IMG/VR virus record: IMGVR_UViG_3300017754_004223
Location: 1 to 35,077 of that record
DNA length: 35,077 nucleotides
From: a virus
Taxonomy: Duplodnaviria; Caudoviricetes
Direction: 5' to 3' (one strand)
Shown: positions 26,090 to 35,077 of the stretch, one piece after another
Numbering within the stretch: the first letter of the stretch is position 1
Layout: every line of letters begins with the position of its first letter
The notes under the pieces: generated by a model
What the model saw: the letters and a program-made list of their open reading frames with translations, nothing else
Databases searched by the model: none
Told to the model about the DNA's origin: nothing
Translations under genes and position numbers: made by a program

Positions 26090-28198
26090 ATGGAAAAAAC
26101 TATTTTAATAGAAGAAATAAGAAGAACTTTACAAATGATGGGTTTACCAACTGATAATTCATTTGTTATATCTGAAGCACTTATTGGGGGAGGTGGTAAA
26201 CAGGCGGTTTATGAATTTACTCAAGGTATAGAAAAGTTATTAGGTAGAGGTGGTAAAACCTTGACTTCTGAAGAAAAATCAATGTTAACTGATTTTATTG
26301 ATCAAGCAAGAAAATATGAAACAAAGTTCGATTCATTTGGTAGTTTAGGTGATGATCTAACAGAAACCCAATTAAAAACGATGAAAAATTTTATAACTTC
26401 TAAATCAAATAGTACTCTTAAACGAGTTTTAGCAGACGCTGCCCAAGAATATAGAATTTATTTGAAAAAAATTCCTATTGCAACAGAAGAAGAAGCTTAT
26501 GATGAGGCATTCAGAGATTTGATCACCAGTGCAGGAAGAAGAACTTCATATAGTGATGTAGTGGAGGATATGAACTATTTGTCATATAACTATAAAACCG
26601 GTAGTATTTACAGTTTACAAACAAGAATTGATAAATTAAGAACAATTGCTGATGCTCTACCTGAAGGTAATTTAAAAAACTCAATGAATAGTTTTATAGA
26701 TGAAATGGATGATGTTGTATCTGTAAGATACGCAAAAGAAATAGCGGGCGAAGAAAGTACAGAATTTACAGAAAAAGAATTAGATGAGTTAATACCTGAT
26801 AATGAACTTGCAATTTTTAAAAATGCCATAGAGGAAGTTGCCGATGAAGATACACCAGTTATAAGAATTGATTTTAGTGACCCAATTGATGAAATTTCTG
26901 AAAGTGTTGATGACATGACGGCCAAAGAAGTTGATGACAATCTTAAAGAGGAATTCATGACTCAAATGAAAAAGGTTTGTAATACAGGTTTTTGTAGTAC
27001 AATGCAAGGATATTACCGATCAAAATCACCAAAATTCCAACAGATGTGGGATTTGATTCTTGTTGAGTTAGACAAGGGTGTTAAAGCAAATATCGGGAAC
27101 ATTCAAGGGTCAGTAAGTGAAAAAGAACTAGCAAAATATAAAGAGTTATTAAGGTTATATAAGGAATCTAATAAACCACCTTTAACTAAAAACGATTACA
27201 TAAAAATTGGTGAAGCTGTCTATGAAAAATGGAGAGGTGGTGGTTTTATGGACAAAGTTTCCTTGGCAGGTCTTTTTGGTACAAAAGAACAGGCATTCTA
27301 CACTATTGCAAGAATCATGTTAGGAAATGATGTTTTTTCAGGTAAATGGATGGGATGGGGTCCGGCAATGAAAAAATGGTTAGCAATGAACGCAATTATT
27401 GCACTTTGGGATTTAGGTCATGGGGTTTGGCAATTAAAATTTGGTTCTGCAAACCCTCAAGAAACAGAAGAATCAATTATAAAAACTACTGCCGTTGACC
27501 TTTCAAAAAACATTGCTTCATTAGTCGGTGGACCACCAATTTATAGATTAGGTTTATTTATTGCCACAAAAACAGTGGCAACATTTATGCCATCAACAAT
27601 ATATGTTAATGAAGAAGATTTGGTTGCTTGGATCAAAGAGGATTCAAAAACAACATACAATCCTGGATATACAGATCTTGAAATCTACGATAATATAATT
27701 AGAAAAAAAGGTGTAACCATTAGTTATCAAGTTAATGATAAACCACCATACACTAGAATATCAGGAATTAAAGATCCAACTTTTGACTATTATAATGGTG
27801 ACTATACTTGGAACAGAGAAGGTGAATGGGATTATAATATAAGATTTAAAAAAGAAGGATCAAAGATTTCAAGAAAACAAGAAAAAACAAACGAAATTCC
27901 AAAAGAAGTTTATAACAGTATAGAAGATCAATTGGCAACTAACTCATTAATGTCAAGTTATATTAAAGATAGATTAACAGGAATACTCAAAAAACACAAA
28001 AAACATATTGATTATAAAAAACAAGAAATGATGACTGATGATTCAGGTAATAAAATAGTTTGTTTAATTTATGAATATGACGATGTTGAATACGGAACTA
28101 AAAAAATCGCTTTCAACTACACTGAATACAGTAAATCGGACAAAAATTTAAATAATACCGACACATTTAATAAAATTGTAAAAGAATACAATAAATAA
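26090..28198 (+). CDS. Large leader-variant protein with hydrophobic helices
   Basis: MEKTILIEEIRRTLQMMGL...VISE|ALIGGGG; TATTTATA at 26070-26077. Confidence 0.85.
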   Translation: MEKTILIEEIRRTLQMMGLPTDNSFVISEALIGGGGKQAVYEFTQGIEKLLGRGGKTLTSEEKSMLTDFIDQARKYETKFDSFGSLGDDLTETQLKTMKNFITSKSNSTLKRVLADAAQEYRIYLKKIPIATEEEAYDEAFRDLITSAGRRTSYSDVVEDMNYLSYNYKTGSIYSLQTRIDKLRTIADALPEGNLKNSMNSFIDEMDDVVSVRYAKEIAGEESTEFTEKELDELIPDNELAIFKNAIEEVADEDTPVIRIDFSDPIDEISESVDDMTAKEVDDNLKEEFMTQMKKVCNTGFCSTMQGYYRSKSPKFQQMWDLILVELDKGVKANIGNIQGSVSEKELAKYKELLRLYKESNKPPLTKNDYIKIGEAVYEKWRGGGFMDKVSLAGLFGTKEQAFYTIARIMLGNDVFSGKWMGWGPAMKKWLAMNAIIALWDLGHGVWQLKFGSANPQETEESIIKTTAVDLSKNIASLVGGPPIYRLGLFIATKTVATFMPSTIYVNEEDLVAWIKEDSKTTYNPGYTDLEIYDNIIRKKGVTISYQVNDKPPYTRISGIKDPTFDYYNGDYTWNREGEWDYNIRFKKEGSKISRKQEKTNEIPKEVYNSIEDQLATNSLMSSYIKDRLTGILKKHKKHIDYKKQEMMTDDSGNKIVCLIYEYDDVEYGTKKIAFNYTEYSKSDKNLNNTDTFNKIVKEYNK

Positions 28199-28199
28199 T

Positions 28200-29510
28200 A
28201 TGAAATTACTAGATCTGTTATTGGAATATGGTACATGTGATGCATCTAATTGCGCCACAGGGTCAAGTTTACAAGATGTTCCATCAGTAAGAGAAACTTC
28301 AATTGAAAGTGATGCAAATAATTATGTTTGTACAAAAAGAGTTGACGGTGTTACAAAAAAACAATATTGTAAAAAAAAGACAAACTCAAATCCAAATCCT
28401 AATCCTCCCGTTGTAACTAAAGAATGTCCTAGCCAAGAAGGATATAATAATAAAGAATTTGGAGATTGGGTTTGGGAAACAAAAGAAGGTCATGATAAAA
28501 ATGATAAAACAACTGAAGTTGAAAGTATATTATGTGGTACTAAAACAAAATGTAATTATGGATACGGAGTTGGGACGGGTTCTTGTGGAAAAGGTTTTAA
28601 AGCTGCTTGGAAAAAGTATAGAGAAGAATATATAAATTTTAAAAACAATCCACCTGCACCAATTACAACAACAACTACAACAACCTTAAAACCCGTAGAC
28701 CCTGAAATTGAAGAATTAAGATTAAAATTCAATTCTGAATGGGCCCCTATAATACAGTCGTTTGAGATCACACCAGATCAGTGGAAAAAATTATACGTGT
28801 ATACTCCTGAAGATAATCCACCTGTAACTTTTACAATATTAAATGGTGTCACAAAAAATATACTTAATTTGATGGATGTTTTATGTAGATCTGAAGAATT
28901 TGGTTTATTTAATAAAATGATATTAAAAATTTTTGATCTTTACAAACCGGCTGGAGAAGAGGAAGAAGAAACTGTTGATTTGAATGATGTTAGAACAAAA
29001 TTAGGAGGATCAATAGGTGAAATAAAACAATTATCTACCTTGATAGAAACTAAGAATACTGAACTATCTTCAATTTATGGGTTTGATTTTCTAACAGATC
29101 CTTCAGAAAATGAAAAAACTTTTTTTATGGAAGAGTTGAGAACAGTTTTTGAAACAAAAACATATCTTTTGACTGGTCCATTACAAATGAGTGTTTGGAA
29201 GTACACTAAAGAAGGAAAAATAAAAAAACTTGATGTGGGAAGTAAATTACAAATTTTGAAAACCGCAACCGATGTTAACGGATGTCTTAAAGTTTTGGAT
29301 ACATTCAATCAAATAAAAACTGACCCAACTTTAGACAGTGCAACCAAAGGAAAGTTTATTAATACAATACAAGATTGTTTTTGTAAAGATTTCTATAAAG
29401 ACATCGGAGTTTTAACATTTAAAGAAAAATTCGATAAAGAAAAAAGAGAACAAGCAAAACTAAGAATAGCATCACTGAGTAATTTGGGTATTAATAAACT
29501 AAAATGTTAA
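28200..29510 (+). CDS. Cys-rich protein with Pro/Thr linkers
   Basis: MKLLDLLLE; NPNPNPP and TTTTTTT linkers. Confidence 0.85.
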   Translation: MKLLDLLLEYGTCDASNCATGSSLQDVPSVRETSIESDANNYVCTKRVDGVTKKQYCKKKTNSNPNPNPPVVTKECPSQEGYNNKEFGDWVWETKEGHDKNDKTTEVESILCGTKTKCNYGYGVGTGSCGKGFKAAWKKYREEYINFKNNPPAPITTTTTTTLKPVDPEIEELRLKFNSEWAPIIQSFEITPDQWKKLYVYTPEDNPPVTFTILNGVTKNILNLMDVLCRSEEFGLFNKMILKIFDLYKPAGEEEEETVDLNDVRTKLGGSIGEIKQLSTLIETKNTELSSIYGFDFLTDPSENEKTFFMEELRTVFETKTYLLTGPLQMSVWKYTKEGKIKKLDVGSKLQILKTATDVNGCLKVLDTFNQIKTDPTLDSATKGKFINTIQDCFCKDFYKDIGVLTFKEKFDKEKREQAKLRIASLSNLGINKLKC

Positions 29511-29528
29511 TTTCTAATTTATTATTTC

Positions 29529-29564
29529 AAAAAAGGGGTTATTTATTATAATAACCCTTTTTTT
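29529..29564. terminator. Bidirectional-type terminator hairpin at the module boundary
   Basis: AAAAAAGGGGTTATT-tattat-AATAACCCTTTTTTT. Confidence 0.75.
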
Positions 29565-30623
29565 ATGGTTTCAATTATAATTACAGCATACAACAACCCA
29601 AATTATATTCATGATTGTTTAAAATCGGTTATTGATTCGGCGAAAAACATAGATTACGAAATTCTTTTAGGTGTTGATTCATGTGAACTTACTTTGAAGT
29701 CAGTAATGGAAAAATATAATCAATACGAAAATCTTAGATTGTTTTTCTTTGAACAAAGAAATGGAACTTACACTTTAAAAAATACTCTTTTTACTCAATC
29801 AAAATACGACAACATTATATTTTTTGATTCAGATGATCTTATGACAAAAAACATGGTACAAGATGTCTTACATTTTTTATCAAAAGATGTTGATCTTGTT
29901 AAACCTATGTCATTTATATTCGAAAACGAAATAGATTTAAATTCTGTGGATCTCAACAAAAAAAGAAATACATATGGAGAGGGCGTATTTGGTATCAAAA
30001 AATCTGTTTTTAGTTATTTAAATGGGTTTGAACCTTGGGTTTGTGCTGCTGACACGGAATTTCAGTTTAGAGTCAGTAGAAACAAATATAAGGTACAGTA
30101 TTCACCAAGGATTTGTTTTTTGTATAGAGTCCACCAAGGTAGTTTAACATCCACAAAAGAAACAGGATTTAAATCCGCAATTAGACAAAGGTATTCTCAT
30201 ATAATAAGACAAAAAATGAAATCGAATACTTTTGAACCTCTCACAGAATTACACACGGCAAAAAATATCGAAGTAACACCAAAGAATTATGATAATTTTA
30301 GAGTTTATAAAATTACAGATGAAGAATTTTATAAACAAATTAATGAAATTGAGGAAAGTAGATTGATGGTCATACAAAACATATTTGGAAAAGAACCAAG
30401 AAAAGTTGTCGAAAAAAGTTATCAAAAAAATGAACCAAAGATAATAGACGTTTTTAAATTCAAACCAAACAGAAATTTAAAAAGGGAAGAAGAAAGAAAA
30501 AATTTGAGGGACGAATCTTTGGAAGTTAAAAAAAATCAATCAAGACAAATTTTAACTTCAAATTCTCAAACTAAAACAAACAGAAGAGTAAATTTACCAA
30601 ATATAAATTTGAGATTACCTTGA
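29565..30623 (+). CDS. Glycosyltransferase family 2 with basic C-terminal tail
   Basis: VSIIITAYN...IIFFDSDD (DxD)...ADTEF...YRVH. Confidence 0.9.
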   Translation: MVSIIITAYNNPNYIHDCLKSVIDSAKNIDYEILLGVDSCELTLKSVMEKYNQYENLRLFFFEQRNGTYTLKNTLFTQSKYDNIIFFDSDDLMTKNMVQDVLHFLSKDVDLVKPMSFIFENEIDLNSVDLNKKRNTYGEGVFGIKKSVFSYLNGFEPWVCAADTEFQFRVSRNKYKVQYSPRICFLYRVHQGSLTSTKETGFKSAIRQRYSHIIRQKMKSNTFEPLTELHTAKNIEVTPKNYDNFRVYKITDEEFYKQINEIEESRLMVIQNIFGKEPRKVVEKSYQKNEPKIIDVFKFKPNRNLKREEERKNLRDESLEVKKNQSRQILTSNSQTKTNRRVNLPNINLRLP

Positions 30624-30665
30624 TTTATATTTATTAATAGAATAAATTGTATTAAATTTTAACAA

Positions 30666-31307
30666 ATGGCAAATGGTGTTTATAAAATAACTGAAGATTT
30701 TGAAAAGGCTTTAAGTGATTACACAAAAGCCCCTTACGTTGTTACTCTTGACAATCAAAGTAATGGACTTTTTTTAGCATTATATTATGAAAAAAATGTG
30801 GTAAATAATATTACAAGTGAGAGTATTACTATTCCATCAAGAACCTATCCTTCAGTCCCTTGTGAAATTATTCACGCAGGACTAAAAGTTAATTTCAAAC
30901 CTGTGAAAGGAAAAACAATCAAAGGTTCATATAATTTGGAAGGTAGTAAAGTTTGGGACTCGGCATTATCATTCACATATGATATGTATAAACCAAATAC
31001 ACACATGTGTATATCTTTTACAGGTCCCTACAAACATTTCAAACTTTCTAAAGGAGGAGCAATACTAACTGACGACTACGACGCTTATCTTTGGTTCAAA
31101 AGGGCAAGGTATAGTGGTAGAAGAGAATGCTCATATCATGATGATAATTTTGATATGTTAGGGTGGAATTTTTATATGATGCCAGAACTTGCAACAAGAG
31201 GATTATTGTTGATGAACCAATTTTATAAAGGTGAAATCCCAAAACATAATGAGGACCTTGAAATGCCTTATCCTGATTTATCAAAATTTGAAATTTACAA
31301 GAAATGA
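30666..31307 (+). CDS. DegT/DnrJ/EryC1/StrS-family PLP aminotransferase (compact)
   Basis: FEKAL...IPSRTYPSVP..IIHAG...DSA...SFTGPYKHF...GGAILTDD...GWNFYM. Confidence 0.8.
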   Translation: MANGVYKITEDFEKALSDYTKAPYVVTLDNQSNGLFLALYYEKNVVNNITSESITIPSRTYPSVPCEIIHAGLKVNFKPVKGKTIKGSYNLEGSKVWDSALSFTYDMYKPNTHMCISFTGPYKHFKLSKGGAILTDDYDAYLWFKRARYSGRRECSYHDDNFDMLGWNFYMMPELATRGLLLMNQFYKGEIPKHNEDLEMPYPDLSKFEIYKK

Positions 31308-32137
31308 AATTTGACTTTAACTTGAATAGAAAATCTATTTCATGTATATCCTCAAGATTCGATAGGTTTAATATTTTTTTTCCTTTGTGGTTAAAAAATG
31401 CAATAAACTATAAAATTGATATTGTTATACTAATTGATAAAATCACCAAAAATAATGATTTAATCAATTATATAGAAGAGTTTAAAAAAAAACACATAAA
31501 TTCAAATATTAACGTAGTTGACGTTTCTAATTATGGAGATATAAACAAAATAAATAATGTTCATTTTTTTTCTGCAATATTTGATAGATTATATAAATTA
31601 GGTTATAAAAATATTGTTTATACAGATCCTGATGAACTATTACTCACTGAAAACTTAGAAGTTTTTTTTAAATCTGAAGAAAACCATTTTTTTTCCCAGG
31701 GTTTTGAATTGGTACATAATTTGGAAGTAGGTGAATGTGATTTTTCTAATGATCGTACTTTTTTGGAACAAAGAAATTATGGTGTTTGGTTTGCCGGAGT
31801 TGGTCTCACAAAAGAAACATCGAGTTATAGTAAATTAACCATATACAAAAATGGATTTTTTCCAAAAACAAGGGGCAGACACGCAACAGAATATAAAACA
31901 TTTGAAACAAAAAATAAAATACCATACGAATTGTATACTTTTCATTTGAGAGAAATGGATATCAATACAATGGTAGAAAATTATAAAAAAAATATTGAGT
32001 TATATTCTTTTTGTAGAGAAAATTTTATTTTTGAAACGGTTGAATCAGCAAAGAATCGATTGTATAGATGGTTTATACCAAATATAATTGAAATTCCTGA
32101 TGAAATCAAAAAAATAATAAAAAAACATAATTTATAA
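31304..32137 (+). CDS. GT-A fold / GT2-like glycosyltransferase
   Basis: IVYTDPDELL DxD motif; cluster context. Confidence 0.55.
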   Translation: MKFDFNLNRKSISCISSRFDRFNIFFPLWLKNAINYKIDIVILIDKITKNNDLINYIEEFKKKHINSNINVVDVSNYGDINKINNVHFFSAIFDRLYKLGYKNIVYTDPDELLLTENLEVFFKSEENHFFSQGFELVHNLEVGECDFSNDRTFLEQRNYGVWFAGVGLTKETSSYSKLTIYKNGFFPKTRGRHATEYKTFETKNKIPYELYTFHLREMDINTMVENYKKNIELYSFCRENFIFETVESAKNRLYRWFIPNIIEIPDEIKKIIKKHNL

Positions 32138-32139
32138 AT

Positions 32140-32841
32140 ATGAAATTAGCAATAATGCAACCTTATTTTATGCCTTATATTGGTTATTTCCAATTGATAA
32201 ATTCGGTTGATAAATTTGTTATTTATGATAACATTCAATATACAAAAAAAGGGTGGATAAATCGAAACCGTATTTTAAGTAACGGAAAAGACAAACTTAT
32301 TACAATCCCAATTAAAAAAGATTCAGATTATTTAAACGTAGTAGAACGAGAATTATCTGAATCATGGGGAAAAGATAAAATTAAAATGTTAAATGTAATT
32401 AGATCTTCATATTTCAAAGCCCCCTACTATCAAGAAACATCTGAGTTAATTTCAAAATGTTTAAATAATTCTGAAGTTAATTTATTTAGATTTATATATG
32501 AGAGTATTATTTTGATAAATGATTATTTAGAAATAAAAACTCCGATTGTAATTTCTTCTACAATAGAGGCTGATCATACTTTAAAATCACAAGATAAAGT
32601 TTTATCTATATGTAAAAAACAAAATGCGGATGTCTATATAAATTCTATAGGTGGAGTAGAACTATATGATAAAGAAGTATTTAAACAAAATAATATTGAA
32701 CTTAACTTCATCAAATCGAACCCACTCCAATACAAACAATTCGATAATGAATTTGTTCCTTGGTTATCAATAATTGATATAATGATGTTTAATTCGAAAG
32801 AACAAATAAAAAAATATTTAAATAACTATACCTTAATATGA
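32140..32841 (+). CDS. wbqC: WbqC-family protein
   Basis: AIMQPYFMPYIGYFQLI..VDKFVIYDNIQY.K.GWINRNRI...Y.Q....FVPWLSIID. Confidence 0.9.
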   Translation: MKLAIMQPYFMPYIGYFQLINSVDKFVIYDNIQYTKKGWINRNRILSNGKDKLITIPIKKDSDYLNVVERELSESWGKDKIKMLNVIRSSYFKAPYYQETSELISKCLNNSEVNLFRFIYESIILINDYLEIKTPIVISSTIEADHTLKSQDKVLSICKKQNADVYINSIGGVELYDKEVFKQNNIELNFIKSNPLQYKQFDNEFVPWLSIIDIMMFNSKEQIKKYLNNYTLI

Positions 32842-33809
32842 AGTGGAAAAAATTAGGTCACATATTTGACCCAACTACTTGGAATGATGGGATTGATAGA
32901 CCTTGGATGAAAACTCATTCTCAATGTACTCATTCTTTAATTTTAGATGATGTGGTTAGAATCTATTTTTCTTGTAGACCTGAAAATGACAAAAACGGAT
33001 TTGCGAAATCCTATACAACGTTTTTAGATTTAGACAAAAACGATCTAACTAAAATTATTCGAGTTTCAGATAAACCAGTAATGCCTTTAGGTGGATTAGG
33101 GGCATTTGATGAATTTGCGGTTTACCCTTCTTGTAACATTAAACATGAAAATAAAATACTATTCTACTATGCTGGTTGGACTCGTTGTCAATCAGTACCA
33201 TTTAATACTTCAATTGGTTTGGCAATAAGTGAAGATAATGGAGAAACATTTAATCGAATAGGGTCAGGACCTATATTATCGGCAGATGTATTTGAACCTT
33301 TTGTTTTAAGTGGACCTAAAGTTAGAAAATTTGACAACAAATGGTACATGTTTTATTTGGCAGGAACTAAATGGATTAACTATAATGGTAAACCTGAAAT
33401 AGTTTATAAAAACCGTTTAGCGGTTTCGGATGATGGGATAAATTGGAGACGACATAATAAAAATATAATTCCAGACATTTTAGATGAAAATGAATGTCAA
33501 GCAGGACCTGATGTTTTCTATAAAGATGGATTATACCATATGTATTTTGTATATAGAGAAGGGTTAGATTTTAGAAATGTACCTGGAAGAGGATATAAAA
33601 TAGGTTATGCCACATCTAATGATTTATTTAATTGGGATCGTAAAGATGCGGATGGGGGAATATCTTATTCTGATTCAGGTTGGGATAGTACTATGCATCA
33701 TTATCCTCATGTTTTTGAATTAGATGGAAATTATTATATGACTTTCAACGGCAATGATTTTGGAAAATATGGTTTTGGTTTGGCAAAATTGGAGAAAAAT
33801 GAATTTTAG
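32838..33809 (+). CDS. Five-bladed beta-propeller glycosidase-like protein (GH32/43/130-like)
   Basis: Repeated blades IGLAISEDNGETF, LAVSDDGINW, IGYATSNDLFNW; commonly found next to wbqC. Confidence 0.8.
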   Translation: MKWKKLGHIFDPTTWNDGIDRPWMKTHSQCTHSLILDDVVRIYFSCRPENDKNGFAKSYTTFLDLDKNDLTKIIRVSDKPVMPLGGLGAFDEFAVYPSCNIKHENKILFYYAGWTRCQSVPFNTSIGLAISEDNGETFNRIGSGPILSADVFEPFVLSGPKVRKFDNKWYMFYLAGTKWINYNGKPEIVYKNRLAVSDDGINWRRHNKNIIPDILDENECQAGPDVFYKDGLYHMYFVYREGLDFRNVPGRGYKIGYATSNDLFNWDRKDADGGISYSDSGWDSTMHHYPHVFELDGNYYMTFNGNDFGKYGFGLAKLEKNEF

Positions 33810-34956
33810 TATCAATAAATCCACTGAAAAAGAAATTTATGAACATTTAAAAAAGTGTTCAGAATATTTTGTACCCAAATTAGATTCGTACATCGATTTG
33901 AAAGATTATTCAAAAAAATTACACAATAAAAGTTCAAGGTACGAATGTTATTTGGAAAAAAATTTAGTTGGGATGATAAATGTTTATCTTGATAAATTGA
34001 ACGATTTCGCATTTATAACAAACGTTTCAGTTTTACCAAATTATCTCGGAAAAAAAATATCAAATAAAATAATTAATTTTTGTGAAAAAGATTTACTTAA
34101 AAATAAAATTTCTAAAATTATATTAGAGGTTTTTGTTGAAAATGCAAGGGCAATATCCTTTTATGAGAAAAACGGGTATAAAATTAAATTAAAAAAAAAT
34201 AACAAATTTATTATGGAAAAAGAAATTTCAAGAAACTACAATTTAGAGTTAAAAGATACTGAAGATCACAAATATGCGTATAATTTCGACTTTGATGTAA
34301 TTCATCACTACATGATAAAATCTTTTGTACCATACTTTATCAAAGGTAATGTTTTGGAATTAGGAAGTTTTAATGGTGAATTCACAACTAAACTATTACC
34401 TTACTTTGAAGAAATAACATGTGTCGAAGCATCTAATGACGCTATAACAATTGCCAAACAAAGATTACCCAATAATGTTGAGTTTATAAATGAACTTTTT
34501 GAAAACTTGGATTTGGATAAAAAGTTTGATAACATTATACTAACTCATGTATTAGAACATATAGATGATGCAAAATTATTATTGGAAAAAATAAAAAATA
34601 ATTGGTTGAAGGATCACGGAAGATTATTTATTGTTTGTCCTAACGCAAACGCGGCGTCAAGACAAATTGCCGTAAAAATGGGGTTAATTTCTCACAATTC
34701 AGCAATTACAGATTCTGAAAAAAAACACGGTCATAGAATAACATATTCATTAGACACTTTAGAAAAAGATGTAAAAGAATCTGGTTTAAATGTCTACTTG
34801 TCCTCAGGAATTTTTTTCAAAGCTTTAGCAAACTTCCAATGGGATAAAATTTTAAATTCTGATATAATTAGTAAAGAATATTTAGATGGTTGTTTTGAAT
34901 TGGGAAAAAAATATCCCGATCTATGTTCTAGTATTATGGTAATAGCTCAAAAGTAA
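33799..34956 (+). CDS. GNAT acetyltransferase fused to class I SAM methyltransferase (start probably 33799)
   Basis: ITNVSVLPNYLGKKIS...LEVFVENARAISFYEKNGY; VLELGSFNG...FDNIILTHVLEHI. Confidence 0.85.
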   Translation: MNFSINKSTEKEIYEHLKKCSEYFVPKLDSYIDLKDYSKKLHNKSSRYECYLEKNLVGMINVYLDKLNDFAFITNVSVLPNYLGKKISNKIINFCEKDLLKNKISKIILEVFVENARAISFYEKNGYKIKLKKNNKFIMEKEISRNYNLELKDTEDHKYAYNFDFDVIHHYMIKSFVPYFIKGNVLELGSFNGEFTTKLLPYFEEITCVEASNDAITIAKQRLPNNVEFINELFENLDLDKKFDNIILTHVLEHIDDAKLLLEKIKNNWLKDHGRLFIVCPNANAASRQIAVKMGLISHNSAITDSEKKHGHRITYSLDTLEKDVKESGLNVYLSSGIFFKALANFQWDKILNSDIISKEYLDGCFELGKKYPDLCSSIMVIAQK

Positions 34957-34959
34957 AAA

Positions 34960-35077
34960 ATGAAAATAACAAAAGATTCTTTAGATTTAGTATTAGAAAT
35001 TACTAAAAAAATTAATAACCAAACTTTTCATCACCATTATCATATATTATATGATATTGCAAATACATTTGATGATG
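34960..35077 (+). CDS. 5' part of a CDS running off the window
   Basis: MKITKDSLDLVLEITKKINNQTFHHHYHILYDIANTFDD...; starts 3 nt after the previous stop. Confidence 0.65.
   Translation, partial: MKITKDSLDLVLEITKKINNQTFHHHYHILYDIANTFDD

Noticed and set aside
2415-34012. Short ORFs antisense to long genes (e.g. 2415, 6280, 10890, 14629, 15437, 17136-17609, 19589, 21456-25626, 26608-29308, 29795, 31096, 33812)
   Set aside because: They overlap better-supported genes, have shadow-like composition, and lack promoter or leader support
1-35077. Stop-codon recoding as in some large phages
   Set aside because: Standard-code ORFs tile the window densely, and recognisable enzymes are uninterrupted

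Overview
AT-rich, gene-dense window most consistent with a large (jumbo-type) tailed phage of a Bacteroidota host. No hallmark capsid, terminase or polymerase gene lies in the window, so this is inference. Host clues: a secreted protein with SprB-like repeats and a type IX secretion (T9SS) type-B C-terminal domain, no Shine-Dalgarno sites, and one TAnnTTTG promoter element. From 1 to about 29.5 kb there is an array of mostly unrelated proteins. Many share a conserved N-terminal leader (MKKIIRLTESDLxxIVKRVIxE and variants) ending in [ILV]-x-E. About 20 genes carry a strand-oriented TATTTAT(A/T) motif just upstream, and several units end in near-identical CCCCAC..GTGGGG terminators. My best interpretation is a cassette-like arsenal of head-packaged, prohead-protease-matured cargo proteins. 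Payloads include an SGNH hydrolase-like domain, a cupin plus HExxH peptidase, a poly-Asp protein and large membrane-segment proteins. From 29.5 to 35 kb there is a sugar-modification cluster (two GT2-like proteins, a DegT-type aminotransferase, WbqC, a beta-propeller glycosidase-like protein and a GNAT-methyltransferase fusion). All family calls are by eye; no searches were run.
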